Part shown: piece after piece, positions 11,990 to 24,500 of the stretch
Numbering within the stretch: position 1 is the first letter of the stretch
Layout: each line of letters starts with the position of its first letter
Source: Ginglymostoma cirratum
Taxonomy: Eukaryota
Assembly (NCBI GenBank): GCA_024137785.1
Contig: JAHRHZ010000283.1
Span: 16,097,451 to 16,161,450 of the forward strand
Reading direction: 5' to 3'
Length of the DNA stretch: 64,000 bases
Program-made: the position numbers and the translations under genes
The notes under the pieces: generated by a model
Database searches by the model: none
Told to the model about the DNA's origin: nothing
What the model saw: the letters and a program-made list of their open reading frames with translations, nothing else

Positions 11990-13460
11990 TTCTTGCAATG
12001 GCTTCTCCCTACTTCAAAATACTTATTTCGGGAGTCTCTAAAGGGCCTACCTGTGGCCTCCTCCTATTTCTTAACTCCATGCTGCTGCCTCTCTGCAACA
12101 TCATCCAAAGGCCCAAAGTCAGGTTTGACTGCTACATCTTACTTCAATGATGATCTCTAGATCACCTCATTACTCAGACCTCATTGATGATGGCTAGATT
12201 ACATCACCACGCAAAACTCATTAATGACTCTTAGATGACCTCACCATTCAGAGGTCATTGATGGCCCCTAGATTAGCTCATCACTTGGATCTTATTGATG
12301 ACCTCTAGATCGCCTCAACATACGTATCTCTTTGATAACCTCTAGATCACCTAACTCCTCTGATCTCCCATGGATTATCCACTGCCTCAGTCATAGACAG
12401 TTCTTGATGATCCACAATGTCATCTAATTAATGCCTGGGAGATATGAAGCCATTGCTTTCAGCCCTGCCACAAAGTTTTTTTCCCAGACACTGATTTTAC
12501 TCCCATCTCGGGCCCCGATTTCAAGTTGACCAGGTCTGCTCACAATCACAATGACTTGGTTCACAACACAATTTCCTTCGGAGCCCATATCCTCAGCGAT
12601 CACCAAAGCTGCCTTTTTTTCCATTTTTTTTTCTGCCACTGCTTCAGTTTTTCTGTGCTGTAACCCTCACCATATGTTACTTGCCTCCAGACATCCAGAT
12701 GTTCTTCTGGCTGGCATGCCATTACTCTATTAACTTCAGTTCATACAAAACTCTGCTGCCCATGTAACCACACTATCCCCAAACCATAATGTGATGTTGT
12801 CTGATCTACACTGGCACCTGGCTAATGCCTTGACTTTAAAAAATTTCATCTCCTATTCAAGGCCCCTTCTTCCGGTCTTCTGTTTCACCCCTACAGCTTT
12901 GCAGGAATTCTCCATTCCTCCAATGCTGACGTGGTGTATATCTCTACTTCCTTTATTGCATCACCAGAGGCCATGTCTGATGCCATAATAGCATGTCTGA
13001 GCATTGTCTTGCTCAGAATAAGTATCAGAAAATCTATTCATAGAGCAACTAAATGTGTTATAACACTATGCCAGGCATTGGTACAGTTTGAGCTCAAGCT
13101 GGTTGACCGACTGACTTTTCTGATGGATTACCATTTACAGCAGGAGCTACTCGAGATGGGACTGATACCTTCACACAATAATATCACATGGCATGATATC
13201 ATCATAACTCTCTTAAAAGGTACATGCTTGCTTAGCCATGGAGACAGACATATCACAACAGTCCTCTGCTCTTGAATTTCTAGACTTCATCTCTCTTTCT
13301 CTTTCTTTAAGACCCTCCTTAAAATCTACCTCTTTGACCATATTTTAAGGCCCTGCCCTCCTATTATCTCCTTCCGTGGTGCAATGCCAATTTATTGGCA
13401 TCACTCCTGCAAAATACCTTGGCACATCTTATGATGCTAAAGATGCCGTAAAAAGACAAA
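11990..13460 (+). mobile_element. Decayed L2 LINE (RT to 3' end) with internal insertions
   Basis: GVSKGPTCGLLLFLNSMLLPLCNIIQ resembles L2 GVPQGSxLGPLLFxIYMLPLGDII. Later CTTCAGTTCATACAAAACTCTGCTGCC and the L2 3' motif CTCCTTAAAATCTACCTCTTTGACC are present. Confidence 0.75.
12148..12352 (+). repeat. 37-bp minisatellite, about 5.5 copies
   Basis: Units start at 12148, 12185, 12222, 12259, 12296 and 12333; consensus approximately TGATGACCTCTAGATCACCTCAcCActCAGAtCTCAT. Confidence 0.9.
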
Positions 13461-13544
13461 TCATTCTTTTTGTTGGCTACACAAAACACAATTGCATTCA
13501 GGCTCCTTAAGATGCTGTGACAGCTTTAAAAAAAATATCACTCA

Positions 13545-14040
13545 TAAAATGAAAAGTACTGCCGATGCTGAAAACCTGACAAAAAAAACACAGAGTGCTG
13601 AAAATATGAAGCAGGTCAGGCATCATCTGGGAAGTAGGGAGCACAGATAACATTCCAGTTCAATGATCCTTTATCAGAACAGAGGAAATTTGGTTCAGAA
13701 CAAGATAGTTTCATGGTACAAAAGAAAAGCAAATGTTAATGGGTAAAATAAACAAAAAGACATATTTCGATAAAGCATGGATTGCAGGATAGCAACCATT
13801 CAAATGAAAACTAAGAAAGCAGAAATGAGAAACAAACTGAGTTGGAAAATATAAAATCAACTCCATTGAATATCCATTCCATTCTCTCACCTTCATATGG
13901 TCTTTCATGGACTCTTTCCTTCCCTTACTTCAATTCTTTACCTCTATTTCTGTGGAAATCTTTCAGTTAATTGCCACTCCCTGCCCTCAATCCTAATATC
14001 TATCTCTCTTCACTTCTGAAGAAGGGTCATTGACCAGGGA
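13545..14040. mobile_element. Old Penelope-derived insert with oppositely oriented terminal remnants
   Basis: 13545-13680 resembles the 61950-62092 unit, and 14010-14036 CTTCTGAAGAAGGGTCATTGACC is the start of that unit in the opposite orientation. Confidence 0.55.
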
Positions 14041-14489
14041 AAAAAAAAAAATTGAGCAAATTGTCTGCTCAGCTTGAATTTCGACAAAAATTTGTTTAGA
14101 TTATTGATTTTAATCCTTGAATGTTTTCTGTATTGATTGAAGACATTTCCAGAATCTGGAGACTTTACTGAATGCAGTTTAAGTTAGCCACATGGGTCTA
14201 ATTGGACTACACTTGATTCAATCCAATATGACTCTAAAAAGCTAAGAAATTAAAGGGTGGCAAGAACAGAATTACCTGCCAAGACTGCTATTCAAATTCA
14301 ATAGGATCATGGTTGATCTTCTTCCTCAACTATACTTTCCCATCTGCTGTCCATATCTCTATTTCCTGAGAGAGCAAAAACTCATTTATTTCATGGGCAA
14401 TACAATGCTGGCCAGCCAGTAATGCCCACATTCACAAATGAATAAATAAATGTTTTAAAATGTTAAACAGCAACATTACGATGTGACCC

Positions 14490-16160
14490 CTGTGGGAAAG
14501 TGAGCGCAGGAGTTGATCACTCAGCCTTTCAAGCTTGGTCTATGATTCTAGATCATGGCTGATCATTTACCTCAGTACTAAATTCCTCCACTATCCCCAT
14601 ATCCATTAATGCGGTTAGAAACCGGAACTATATCAATCACTGTTGAGCTTCAACAGCCCTCTTGGGTAGAGAATTCCAAAGATGCACCACTCTCAATGAC
14701 GACGTTCCTCCTTTTTACAGTCATAAATGGTTTGCCATTTAATTTAAGGCTGTGTCCTTAGATCTAGGCCCACAGCCAGGATAAACATTCTTTTCACAAC
14801 CACTCTGTTTAATCCTTAAAGAATGTTGTAAGTTTCTATGAGATTGCTCTTATTCTTCTAAACTCCAGAGAATACTGGCCAAGTTTCCTCATTCTCTCCT
14901 TGGAGGACAGACATACCATCCTAGGAAACCATCTGCTGAACCTTCTCTGCACTCCCTCTACTGTAAGTATAAGCCTTCTCCAGCAAAAGGGACCAGAACT
15001 GCACACAATAGTCCATATGTGGTCTCACCATTGTTCTGTACAATTGAAGCAAGATTTCTCTGCTCCTGTACTCAAATTCTTTCACAAAGTTGAGCAAATC
15101 ATTTGATTTTGAATTACTTTCTGCATCTGCATAACTAGTGCTCAGTGACTTATGAACATGAACACCTGGACCCCTATGGATATCAAAACTTACCTATCAC
15201 TTATGAGCAATTTACACAATCATTCCTCCAACCAATGAGGATAACTTTTTACTTAACCACAATATATTCCTACTGCCATGCTTTTGTCCACTGACTCAGC
15301 TATCAGGTTCATGATGTCCCTTCGTAAATCCACACTGACTCTGCCCAATCAGGCAACTATTTTTGAAATACCCAGTAATCACATCCTTTATAATAGTTGC
15401 TAATATTTCCCCTACTTATGACATTAAGCTAAGATCTGTAGTTTCTTGTTTTCTCTCTCCCTCCTTTCTTAAAGAGTTACATTTTCAACCTTCCAATCTG
15501 CAAGCTACATTGTAGAATTAATACAGTTTTAGAAAATGCATCTCTATCTCTGTGGTCATCTCAATCAATATTCTAGAAAGAAAGTCATCAGACCCTGGGG
15601 ATACGTCAACTTTCAGACCCATTAATTTTTCCTTTACAACTTTTTTTGTTTTTACAAATACTGATTTCTTTCAAATCTATGTTGGTCACGAGACTCTTAT
15701 GACATAATTATTTCATTGTATCTCAATTTGTGAAGACAAACACAATGTGCATATTTTGCTTCTCTACCATTTCTTTATTTCCTATTATAAATTCTCCTGT
15801 CCCTGCCTGTAATGGACCAATAGGGGTCTTTCGTAATCTTTTTCTTTTTACATATTGTTTATCATCTGTTTTTAAGTTCATTGCTTTTGTTGCATTCTAC
15901 TTACTTTTTAAATTAATTTCTTTATTCTGTCGATGACTTTTAAAATTCTACCAATCCTCAGGGTTAAAATGCCTTTCAGCAATTTTATAAGTTTTCTTCC
16001 TTAATTGTTAAATCCCCTTGTAAGCCATGGCTCCCAATTTTCCCATTTTCCTTTAAAGGTTTGCATGTTTGTTTTGAAATCCAGGCAATACTTCTTGAAA
16101 TACTGACCAGTACCTAACCACCATTGAAATATTATTCCAATTCACCACAGCCAACTTTCT
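14490..16160 (-). mobile_element. Decayed, internally deleted CR1 LINE
   Basis: Reverse complement gives the CR1 tail, GTGGTGCATCTTTGGAATTCTCTACCC, VQFWS-type codons near 14990-15030 and a CCCCAGGGTCTGATG (SPGxDG) motif near 15590. Confidence 0.75.
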
Positions 16161-16440
16161 CCTCATACATTAATATGTGCATGTCTCACTGTCTTCATGC
16201 GGCAGGAGTGGTCTGCAGCAAGTTCATGGTAAAGAATAACATGTGTCAGCTTCCCGGTGTGCAGAATACAGATAGTAGGAATTAATAGGTCATTCTCATG
16301 CTTGCAGGCTGAGAATTGTGGGGTACTGCCAGAGTCAATACACAATTATTTTAATGTAGGGACCAAATGCATGGAGCTGAGTCCATGAAAAGATCATACA
16401 TGATCATGGACCAGGCGGCCTATTCCTGCTCCTATTTCTT

Positions 16441-16752
16441 GGCGGCTCAGTGGTTAGCACTGCTGCCTCACAGTGCCAGGGACCTGGGTCCAATTCCAGC
16501 TTCCGGTGACTGTCTATGTGGAGTTTGCACATTCTCCCATGTGTGCATGGGTTTCCTCCGGGTGCTCCGGTTTCCTCCCACAGTCCAAAGATGTGCAGGC
16601 TAGGTGGATTGGCCATGCTAAATTGCCTGTAGTGTTCAGGGATGTGTAGATTTGGTGGGTTATAGGGGGATGGGTCTGGATGGGATGCTCCAAGAGACGG
16701 CCGAGACTTGTTGGGCCGAGAAGGGCCTGTTTCCACACTGTAGGGGATTTTA
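16441..16752 (+). mobile_element. HE1-type V-SINE
   Basis: GGCTCAGTGGTTAGCACTGCTGCCTCACAG...GGGTTTCCTCCGGGTGCTCCGGTTTCCTCCCACAGTCCAAAGATGTGCAGG. Confidence 0.92.
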
Positions 16753-16809
16753 TGTTCCATGTTCACATTACACTAAATGAGACGGGAATGTATACTGTAA
16801 GCAGCTTTA

Positions 16810-17289
16810 AGTCATTGGACAGGCTGAGTGAGTGGGCAAGGAACTGGCAGGTGGAATATAATGTGGAAAAATGATAGATTATCCACTTTGATAGATGGAA
16901 CAGATGTGTGGATTTTTTCTTAAATTGGCCAAGATTAGAAAGTGCAGATGTACAAAAGGACTTGGGTGTTGTCAATCATTCAGTGAAGGCGAACATGCAG
17001 GTGCAACAGACAATTAGAAAGGCAAATGAAACATTAGTCTTTACTGCATCAGGATTTGAGTATATGAGTAACAAAATCTTGTTTCAATTGTATCAGAGCT
17101 TGGTTAGACCGTACCTGCAGTTGTGGTCCCCTGGCCTTAGGAGGGATACTAGGAAGGCCATGGAGGGAGTACAACCAAGGCTCAACAGACTTGTTCCCGG
17201 GATGGCAAGACTATCCTATGAAGGGGATTAAGAAAAATGGGCTCGACACCTACTTTTGAAGAATGAGGTGTCATCTCACTGAAACCTAC
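16810..17289 (+). mobile_element. Older CR1 ORF2 C-terminal fragment (5' part, split by a nested CR1)
   Basis: LDRLSEWARNWQVEYNVEK, QKDLGV and LYQSLVRPYLQLWSP. Confidence 0.85.
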
Positions 17290-19518
17290 GAAATACTCAA
17301 AGGGATACAAACAAATGGGTATGATTTAGTGGCCATTACAGAGACATGGTTACAGGATGGTCATGACTGGGAGTTAAATATCCCGGGGTATCAAACTGTT
17401 CGGAAGGACAGACAGGAAGGTAAGGGAGGTGGTGTTGCTCTGATTTTTAAGGAGGATATCAGGCCAGTAGTGAGAGATGATATAGGTTCTACTGGACAAA
17501 ACGTTGAATTCACTTGGGTGGAAATTAGGAATAGCAGGGAGAAGAAGTCACTGATAGGTGTGATCTATAGGCCACCAAATAATGACATCACGGTGGGGCA
17601 GGCAATAAACATAGAAATAGCTAATGCATGTAAAAATGGTACAACAATTATCTGGGGGATTTTAATCTACATATCGATTGGTCAAACCAGGTCGGTCATG
17701 GTAGCCTTGAGGAGGGGTTCATAGAATGCATCTGCGATAATTTCCTTGAACAATATGTAATGGAACCTACGAGGGAGCAAGCTATCCTAGATCTAGTCCT
17801 GTGTAATGAGACAGGAATAATTAATGATCTCACAGTTAGGGATCCTCTCGGAAGGAGCAATCACAGTGTGGTCGAATTTAAAATACAGATGGAGCGTGAG
17901 AAGGTTAAATCCAGTACCAAATGTCCTGTGCTTAAACAAAGGAGACTATGAAGGAATGAGGGAGGAGTTAGCTAAGGTAGACTGCGAGTAAAAACTTTAT
18001 GGATTGAGGAACAGTGGAGGACTTTCAAAATGATTTTTCACAGTGCTCAGCAGAAGTATATTCCAGTAATAAGGAAGAACTGTAGGAAAAGAGATAGTCA
18101 GCCATGGATGTCTAAGGAAATAAAGGAAAGTATCAGATTGAAAAGAAACACGTCCAAAAAAGCAAAGGAGTAGTGGGAAACTAGTAGACTGGGAAATATT
18201 TAAAGGCCAACAGAAAGCTACAAAAAAGTCATAAACTGTCCTATTGGGAACACCCAGCGTGGGGCCATGAAGGATAGGTCATGTTTAACTAATTTGGTGG
18301 AATTCTTTGAGGACATTACTTGCATGGTGGACAATGGGGAACCTGTGGATGTGGTGTATCTGGATTTCCAGAAGGCATTTGACAAGGTGCCACACCAAAG
18401 GCTGCTACATAAGATAAAATTCCACGGTATTACAGGTAATGTATTGGCATGGATAGAGGATTGGGGAACAAGTAGAAAACAAAGAGTAGGGGTAAATGGG
18501 TGTTTTTCTGGTTGCGGTCAGTGGCTAGTGGTGTGCCTCAGGGATCAGTGTTGGGACCGTAATTGTTTACAATTTACATAGATGATTTGGAGTTGGGGAC
18601 TAAGTATGGTGTGTCAAAATTTGCAGATGACACTAAGGTGAGTGGAAGAGCAAAGTGTGCAGAAGACACTGAAAATCTACAGAAGGATATAGATAGTCTA
18701 AGCGAGTGGGAAAAGGTCTGGCAGATGGAGTACAATGTTGATAAGTGTGAGGTCATTCATTTTGGTAGGAATAACAGCAAAATGGACTATGTTTTAAATG
18801 GTAAAAAATTGCAGCACGCTGCTGTGCAGAGGGACTTGGGTGTCCTTGTGCATGAATCGCTAAAAGTAGGATTGCAGGTGCAGCAGGTAATTAAAAAGGC
18901 AACTGGAATTTTGTCTGCCATTGCTAGAGGGATGGAATTTAAAAACAGGGAGGCTATGCTACAGCTGTATAGGGTCCTGGTGAGGCCACATCTGGAGTAC
19001 TGTGTGCAGTTTTGGTCTCCTTACTTGGAGAAGGGATACTCTAGCGCTGGAGGGGGTGCAGAAGAGATTCACTCGGTTGATTCCAGATTTGAGAGGGTTG
19101 GATTATGAGAAGAGACTGAGTAAACTGGGATTATACCATTGGAGTTCAGAAGAATGAGGGGAGATCTTATAGAAACATAACGTTATGAAGGGAATAGATA
19201 AAGTGGAGGCAGGGAGGTTGTTTCCGCTAGCAGATGAAAGTAGGACTAGGCCTCAAAATAAAGGGAAGCAGATGTAGGAATGAGGTCAGGAGGAACTTCT
19301 TCACCCAAAGGGTTGTGAATCTGTGGAATTCCCTGCCCAGTGAAGCAGTTGAAGCTACCTCGCTGAATGTTTTTAAGGCAAGGCTAGATAAATTTTTGAA
19401 CAGTAAACGAATTAAGGGTTATGGAGAGTGGGCGGGTAGGTGGAGCTGAGTCTCAAAGAGATCAGCCATGATTTTATTAAATGGCGGGTCAGGATCGAGG
19501 GGCCGGATGGCCTACACC
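17290..19518 (+). mobile_element. Younger CR1 LINE ORF2 (APE endonuclease + RT), 5'-truncated, internally deleted and pseudogenised
   Basis: APE motifs YDLVAITETWL, DRQEGKGGGVAL, GVIYRPP and PTREQAILDLVL. RT motifs SCLTNLVEFFE, VYLDFQKAFDKVPH, QGSVLGP and FADDTK. The tail ends TTCTTATGTTCTT. There are frameshifts, and the segment between tether and RT is missing near 18235-18255. Confidence 0.95.
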
Positions 19519-19850
19519 TGCTCCTAGTTCTTATGTTCTTATAGTGAGGGTAGATGCAGGTCAGGTTTTGTTTCCCCTGGTTCAGGAGGCTAGAACCACG
19601 GAACACAATTTCAAAATGAGAATGAATCCGCTTAGGGTTGAGATGAGGAGAAATTTCTTTACTCAAAGGGTTGTGAATCTTTGGAATTCTCTGCCCTCGA
19701 GAGCTCAGTGGAAGCTCAGTCTTTTGAGGATGTTTAACGTCAAGACTGACAGATTTCTGATTCCCAATTATGTAAAGGGGAACGGGGAATAAAGGCATTT
19801 GTGGATGATCAGCCTTGATTAGACTGAACAGCAGACCTGACCTGCTGAAT
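19519..19850 (+). mobile_element. Older CR1 fragment (3' part, continuation of 16810-17289)
   Basis: Resumes with GAGGGTAGATGCAGG and encodes EMRRNFFTQRVVNLWNSLP. Confidence 0.85.
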
Positions 19851-22141
19851 GACGACTCAAACTCAAACTCAAACCATCTCCTTTCAAACCTGGGGCTCGG
19901 CACAACCTGCAGACTAACTTTCAATTAATTTCAGTGCAGGAGATGCCTGGCATCAAAGATTTCCATGCTTGAATATTGTGTTAATGGATAGTCATTTGGT
20001 AGGTGATGCTACAAATATAGTAGCAGAATGGGAGCTTGTATCCATAAAGAGCATTGGTTCTGTATCACAAGGGGACTTCTCTAAACCAAAAGCTTCTAAA
20101 AGGGTGAATTTGATTTATTCTGTGATAAATGTGACACAAAAACTCTGCTCATTGTTTCTTACAATCTTCAATTATGTATAATGAAGAATTTAAAATGAAT
20201 TATTTACAAAATATCCCAATCTGAAGGTTGTATATTGAATAAACTATATACTAATCCTTGGAATCAAACAGATTTGAGTTTGCTACAAATAGACCAAAAT
20301 CTATATTTAATAACTGGAATTGTTTTAACTCATTTATTTTAACTAAGTTAACACTGACAGTAAAATATTAAATTCACATTTTTTGAATAGCAATCATCCT
20401 TGGTAAACAAATGGTTTCATTGCGACTTTACCTATTTAAAATGTGCTCATTTCACTTGTTCTGAAAACACAAAAAGGTATTTGAAGTCAGATTCTGGGTT
20501 CTATGAACCTTACTGTAATTGTCAATTTTATCTGAGAATTTCATTCTAACGTTCTTGATCACTGGGGAATTGTTTGAATGTTAGCTCCTTACCGAGGTGG
20601 AGAGCTATTTGGCAGGTCAGAAATTCCTATTCCATTGACAGAGAAATGCATCTCCAGCACACAGATTCTCAACCTTGCTACAAGTTTAGCTTTGGGACTG
20701 ACTGGGGTCTTTTGTTGCTTTGTGAATGAAAGAGTTGAAAATTAAATATTGCAACAAAGGCAATTGGCAATGCTGCTACTTAATTACTCCTTTTAATAAG
20801 CCTGGATTCTCGATTGCAGACTGTGACCAGGCAATCTCAAGGAGACACTAGGAGAAGATGAAAGCGAGATGCTTATGGTACAGGAGAGGTATGTTCAAAT
20901 CTTGCTAGCATTACGTTATCTCATATTGCACATAAATGTCAATCTCTCGCAAGTGGGGGGATAATCCCTGGTGTTTAGTTCCAGAGAGTTATTTCAAAGC
21001 GAGCTTTACAATTTTAAACAAACAGTAGTTAAATAACAACATTTATCACAACAAATCAGGAAATATCCATAAGATTGAATCATGAATTTAACTATAGCCA
21101 ATAAAAATATTTGCAGTAAAGTCCTATAATTTATCGACAGTTGTATTGAACTTTCACCTTTATTTGTGGACTGCAGATCTAATTTTTTTATGTAATTTGA
21201 AGAATAAGAACAATATTTGTGGAAAGATGAGCAATGCATTGGAATCATTCCAAATCAATATTCAAGTTAACAAAATTGCAGTTGATCATAATATCCTGCC
21301 CTTCTTGCTTAGTTGTCAAGTAACTGATCAATACAAATCAGAACATTAAAGGTTGGATTTAGTCAGTGCCACTTCTTTCAGAGACACAGCAGAGAAACTG
21401 CATGTAGCCTCAGTAGCCTCAGAATTAGGTGGCAAGGACTGGGGAAAATAATCGTCTAAGGTACTCCTGGTCACTGTCAAGTGGCCCCTGCCAGAATGTG
21501 CACATGTGCTCTGTGGCCAATCTTTGGCACAACGACCCAATACTGTCCAATTCTGCCACCCTGGTCTCCATCAAAACACAGAATGGTTACTGAGCAGAAG
21601 GACCCCATTCAATCATTCCCTGTCTTTGACAGTAACTCCAACAATAAATGAAGCAATACTGAGCACACATCACCAAATCAAAGATCTTGGCAAAGCTAAA
21701 TGCTCAAATCTATTGGATTAAAAAAAAAAATCAGTATATCAGCACATACGGGAAAGTAGGGAAGGGACAATGTGAATTGGATTGAAAAAGGGGAAGCAGA
21801 GGGCGTGAAGGTGAGAGAAGAATGACAGGGAAGGGGAATGCGAGGTAATAAAATAGTGCCAGAATTAGTGCGAAACACACACCGAGAGTCTACTCATGAT
21901 CGATGACTGAGGAAGATGGATCTCTTGGAAAATTCAGTTAGCCATAAAACTAGAGATCTCGGAGTTTCAGGAAATGCAGCTAATTAGAATATGTCCTGGT
22001 TCTAGTAAGGAAGAAATATGTGACTGACGTTAGTAATTAAAACAGACGCCTTGCCTATATTTAAAAACAATGAGAGGCTGAAGGAAAGAAGACAAAGAAA
22101 AGTACGCACAGCAGGCTCTTGAAATTAGACCTACAGCTTAC

Positions 22142-22378
22142 GTACAGCATAAGAACCAGGACAGACTGTTTGAAGTGAATGGCATGTTTTCACGATGGAT
22201 TATGATGGTAATTTTTATGAATGGAAGTCTGAGTGGGAAAATAGTTGCAACTGGGAAATGGTGGAAAGAGGATGAGTTGAGATTGGAATTGTGACAACGG
22301 GTGGAGAAGCATGGCTGGCAAAATTCTTCGATGATAAGTGCAGCCTTGGGAGGTTTACAAAAGGCCAGAGGAACAACG
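22142..22378 (-). other. Candidate 237-nt exon (phase 2-2 open)
   Basis: GCTTATGCTCTGTAG|...TGTAC|GTAAGC; one frame is open but no protein family is recognised. Confidence 0.2.
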
Positions 22379-22944
22379 CTACAGAGCATAAGCAAATTCA
22401 GCAGAATCTACAGCATGTTTCTGAGGCTGCATTTCATCAATTCTGCTCTGATTTGTAACTCCATGACAGCCGCAAGGGTCAGAAATTCACCCGTGCAGAA
22501 TACAGTAAAGCTTAGATAGAATAAGGACTGAATATTAATGATGATTTGCAGATTATGTACATTTATTCAAAGAGGTGAAAGGTTTTCAACTCTTCTGCTC
22601 CACACTGTAGTATACAATAGAAACAAACAGCAAAGTCTTTTGCTTTCCACTCAAAATCAGTCAGAATTTTTTATTATTCTCTTCATTGGATGCAGGTGTC
22701 ACTGGCAATATGTTGCCTATTACTAAATGCCCCTTGAGGGCAGTAAAGAGTCAGGTACGTTACTGTGGGTCCAGAATCACGTGCAGGCCGGAACAGATAA
22801 GTTTAACAAATTTCTTTGTAGGAGACTCACTTATAGGAGACAAGATTTGAGGCAAATGGGTTCCTAATAGTATCTGTAATAATGAAAGACATTTTCACTT
22901 ACTTTTTTCCATTCATTCAGAGGTTTGGAGCTTTGTTGGCTGGG

Positions 22945-23635
22945 CCATTTATTTACTATCCATCCATAATTTGGATGAAATGCTAGTGAGAAGTTTCTTT
23001 GAACTGAATGGAGTCCATTTGATGTAGGTACACAGTAGTGATAGGGAGGGGGTTCCAGGATCTTGACTCATCGGCGCTAAAAGAATACATTTCCAAGTCA
23101 GGATGGCAAGTGCCTTTGAGTGGAACTTGCAGGTAGTGATGTTTCCATACATCCTCTAGCTGGAAGTGGTCATGCATTTGGAAGGTGCTGTCCAAGGAGC
23201 TTTGGTAAATTTCTGTGCATTTTATAGATGGCACACACTGCCACTGAGCATTGGTCATGGTGAAGGAATTGAATATCGAAGACAGTGGATATGGTGCTCA
23301 TCCAGTAGGCTGCATCGTCCTGGATGGTGTCAATCTTCGCTTGTTCTAAGAGCTGCACTCTTTGGAGAGTATGCCACTACATCCTGACTTGTGAATGTAA
23401 AGTTATCACACTCCCAGAGAACCACAGAGCTGCTCTCTCGTTAGAGAGAGAAGACTGATGACGAGTTTAACCTGAGGGTTATCGTGCTTCAGGCAAGGGG
23501 TAACGTTGAGAAGGCGGGACCTTCATGGTAATAATCGGCCAGTGTGGGAATGGAACCCATCCTGTTGGCATCACTCTACATCTCAAACCAGCCATCCAGC
23601 ATTGTGCCTTGCAGATGATAGACAGGCTTTGGAAG
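22945..23635 (-). mobile_element. CR1-like LINE 3' fragment of the 2040-5455 family, with a nested SINE
   Basis: Similar to 2040-2400 (GGAACTTGCAGGTAGTGATG...CCTGACTTGTG); resumes TTGTGCCTTGCAGATG after the insert. Confidence 0.7.
23396..23601 (-). mobile_element. tRNA-derived SINE (distinct family)
   Basis: Reverse complement starts GCTGGATGGCTGGTTTG...GGGTTCCATTCCC (B-box-like); TTGTG occurs on both sides within the host LINE. Confidence 0.6.
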
Positions 23636-24109
23636 ATATTTTTAAATTTTAGTCAATTAGAGTTGTTGCAGGAAACATTATAAATGTTTTGGCAGCTGGA
23701 TTTGGGATGCTGTAGCTTATACGTTATGTGTGTTTATGAACTCCGTTAGTTATAAGTTTCCAAATACCTGGCATCGGTGTTGAAAACACAATCTCAATTT
23801 GAAATAGAACTGATGACACTTAAAAGCCAAAATCCCCCAGAGTGTTCCTCACTCTGCCCGAACTCATTCCACAGCACATCACACTGATCACATATAGTAC
23901 GAGGTTGCTGTGAAGTAGTTTGTACCCAGCTAAGACGTAAACGAGTGTTACGACACAATAAATAACAATGAAAAACTAATTATCTGGACCACTGAAATCC
24001 CTGGAACCGTTATATTAGTCAAAGCTGATCCAGCAGTGAATTGCAAACTGCAGATGTGGGCTCCTGTCATTCCACATTTATAAACATTTTATTCAATAAC
24101 AGTCAATTA

Positions 24110-24500
24110 ATATACCACTTTTAAAGTACCAAACTATCCCAGGAGCATTATCAGACATGGAGATACATAAAGAGATATTAGGACTGGTGACCAAGAGCAT
24201 TTGAGAAAAAGTTGGTTTTAAGGAATGGTTTGAAGTCAGAGGGAGAGGTGAAGGGGCTATAAGTGTTTAGAGAGGGAATTCCACAACTTAGGACAGAAGT
24301 AGCTGAGAGCACAGACACCAAAAGATTTTAAAAACAAGGAAATTGTGGATAATCAAGAGTCTAGAACTAGCAAAATGCAGAGATCTTAGCAGATTGTAGG
24401 GTGGGTTGAGGTTAGAGAGAATGGGGAATGAAAGGTAATGGAGCAATTTGAACTGGACCAAGAGTCAATGTAGACACGGGGCTGATAAGTGAATATCAGC
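24110..24500 (-). mobile_element. L2 3' fragment
   Basis: GAGAGGGAATTCCACAACTTAGG...GCTGA and GGTGACCAAGAGC motifs are shared with other L2 tails in the window. Confidence 0.6.

Noticed and set aside
12148-12352. CRISPR-like 37-bp periodicity
   Set aside because: The whole unit is homologous between copies, there are no unique spacers or cas genes, the context is vertebrate, and it lies inside an L2 RT.
12975-13260. Insert in the L2 (114-aa ORF 12931-13275; possible solo LTR)
   Set aside because: The ORF spans repeat junctions with no motif, and LTR boundaries and TSD are not convincing.
18563-19108. 181-aa ORF as a functional host gene
   Set aside because: It is a fragment of a frameshifted, deleted CR1 ORF2.
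19412-19924. 170-aa minus-strand ORF
   Set aside because: It is antisense to CR1 tails and shows no protein-like features.
23455-23490. CTGATGA as a hammerhead core
   Set aside because: No stem II followed by GAAA and no stem I; it is part of a SINE body.
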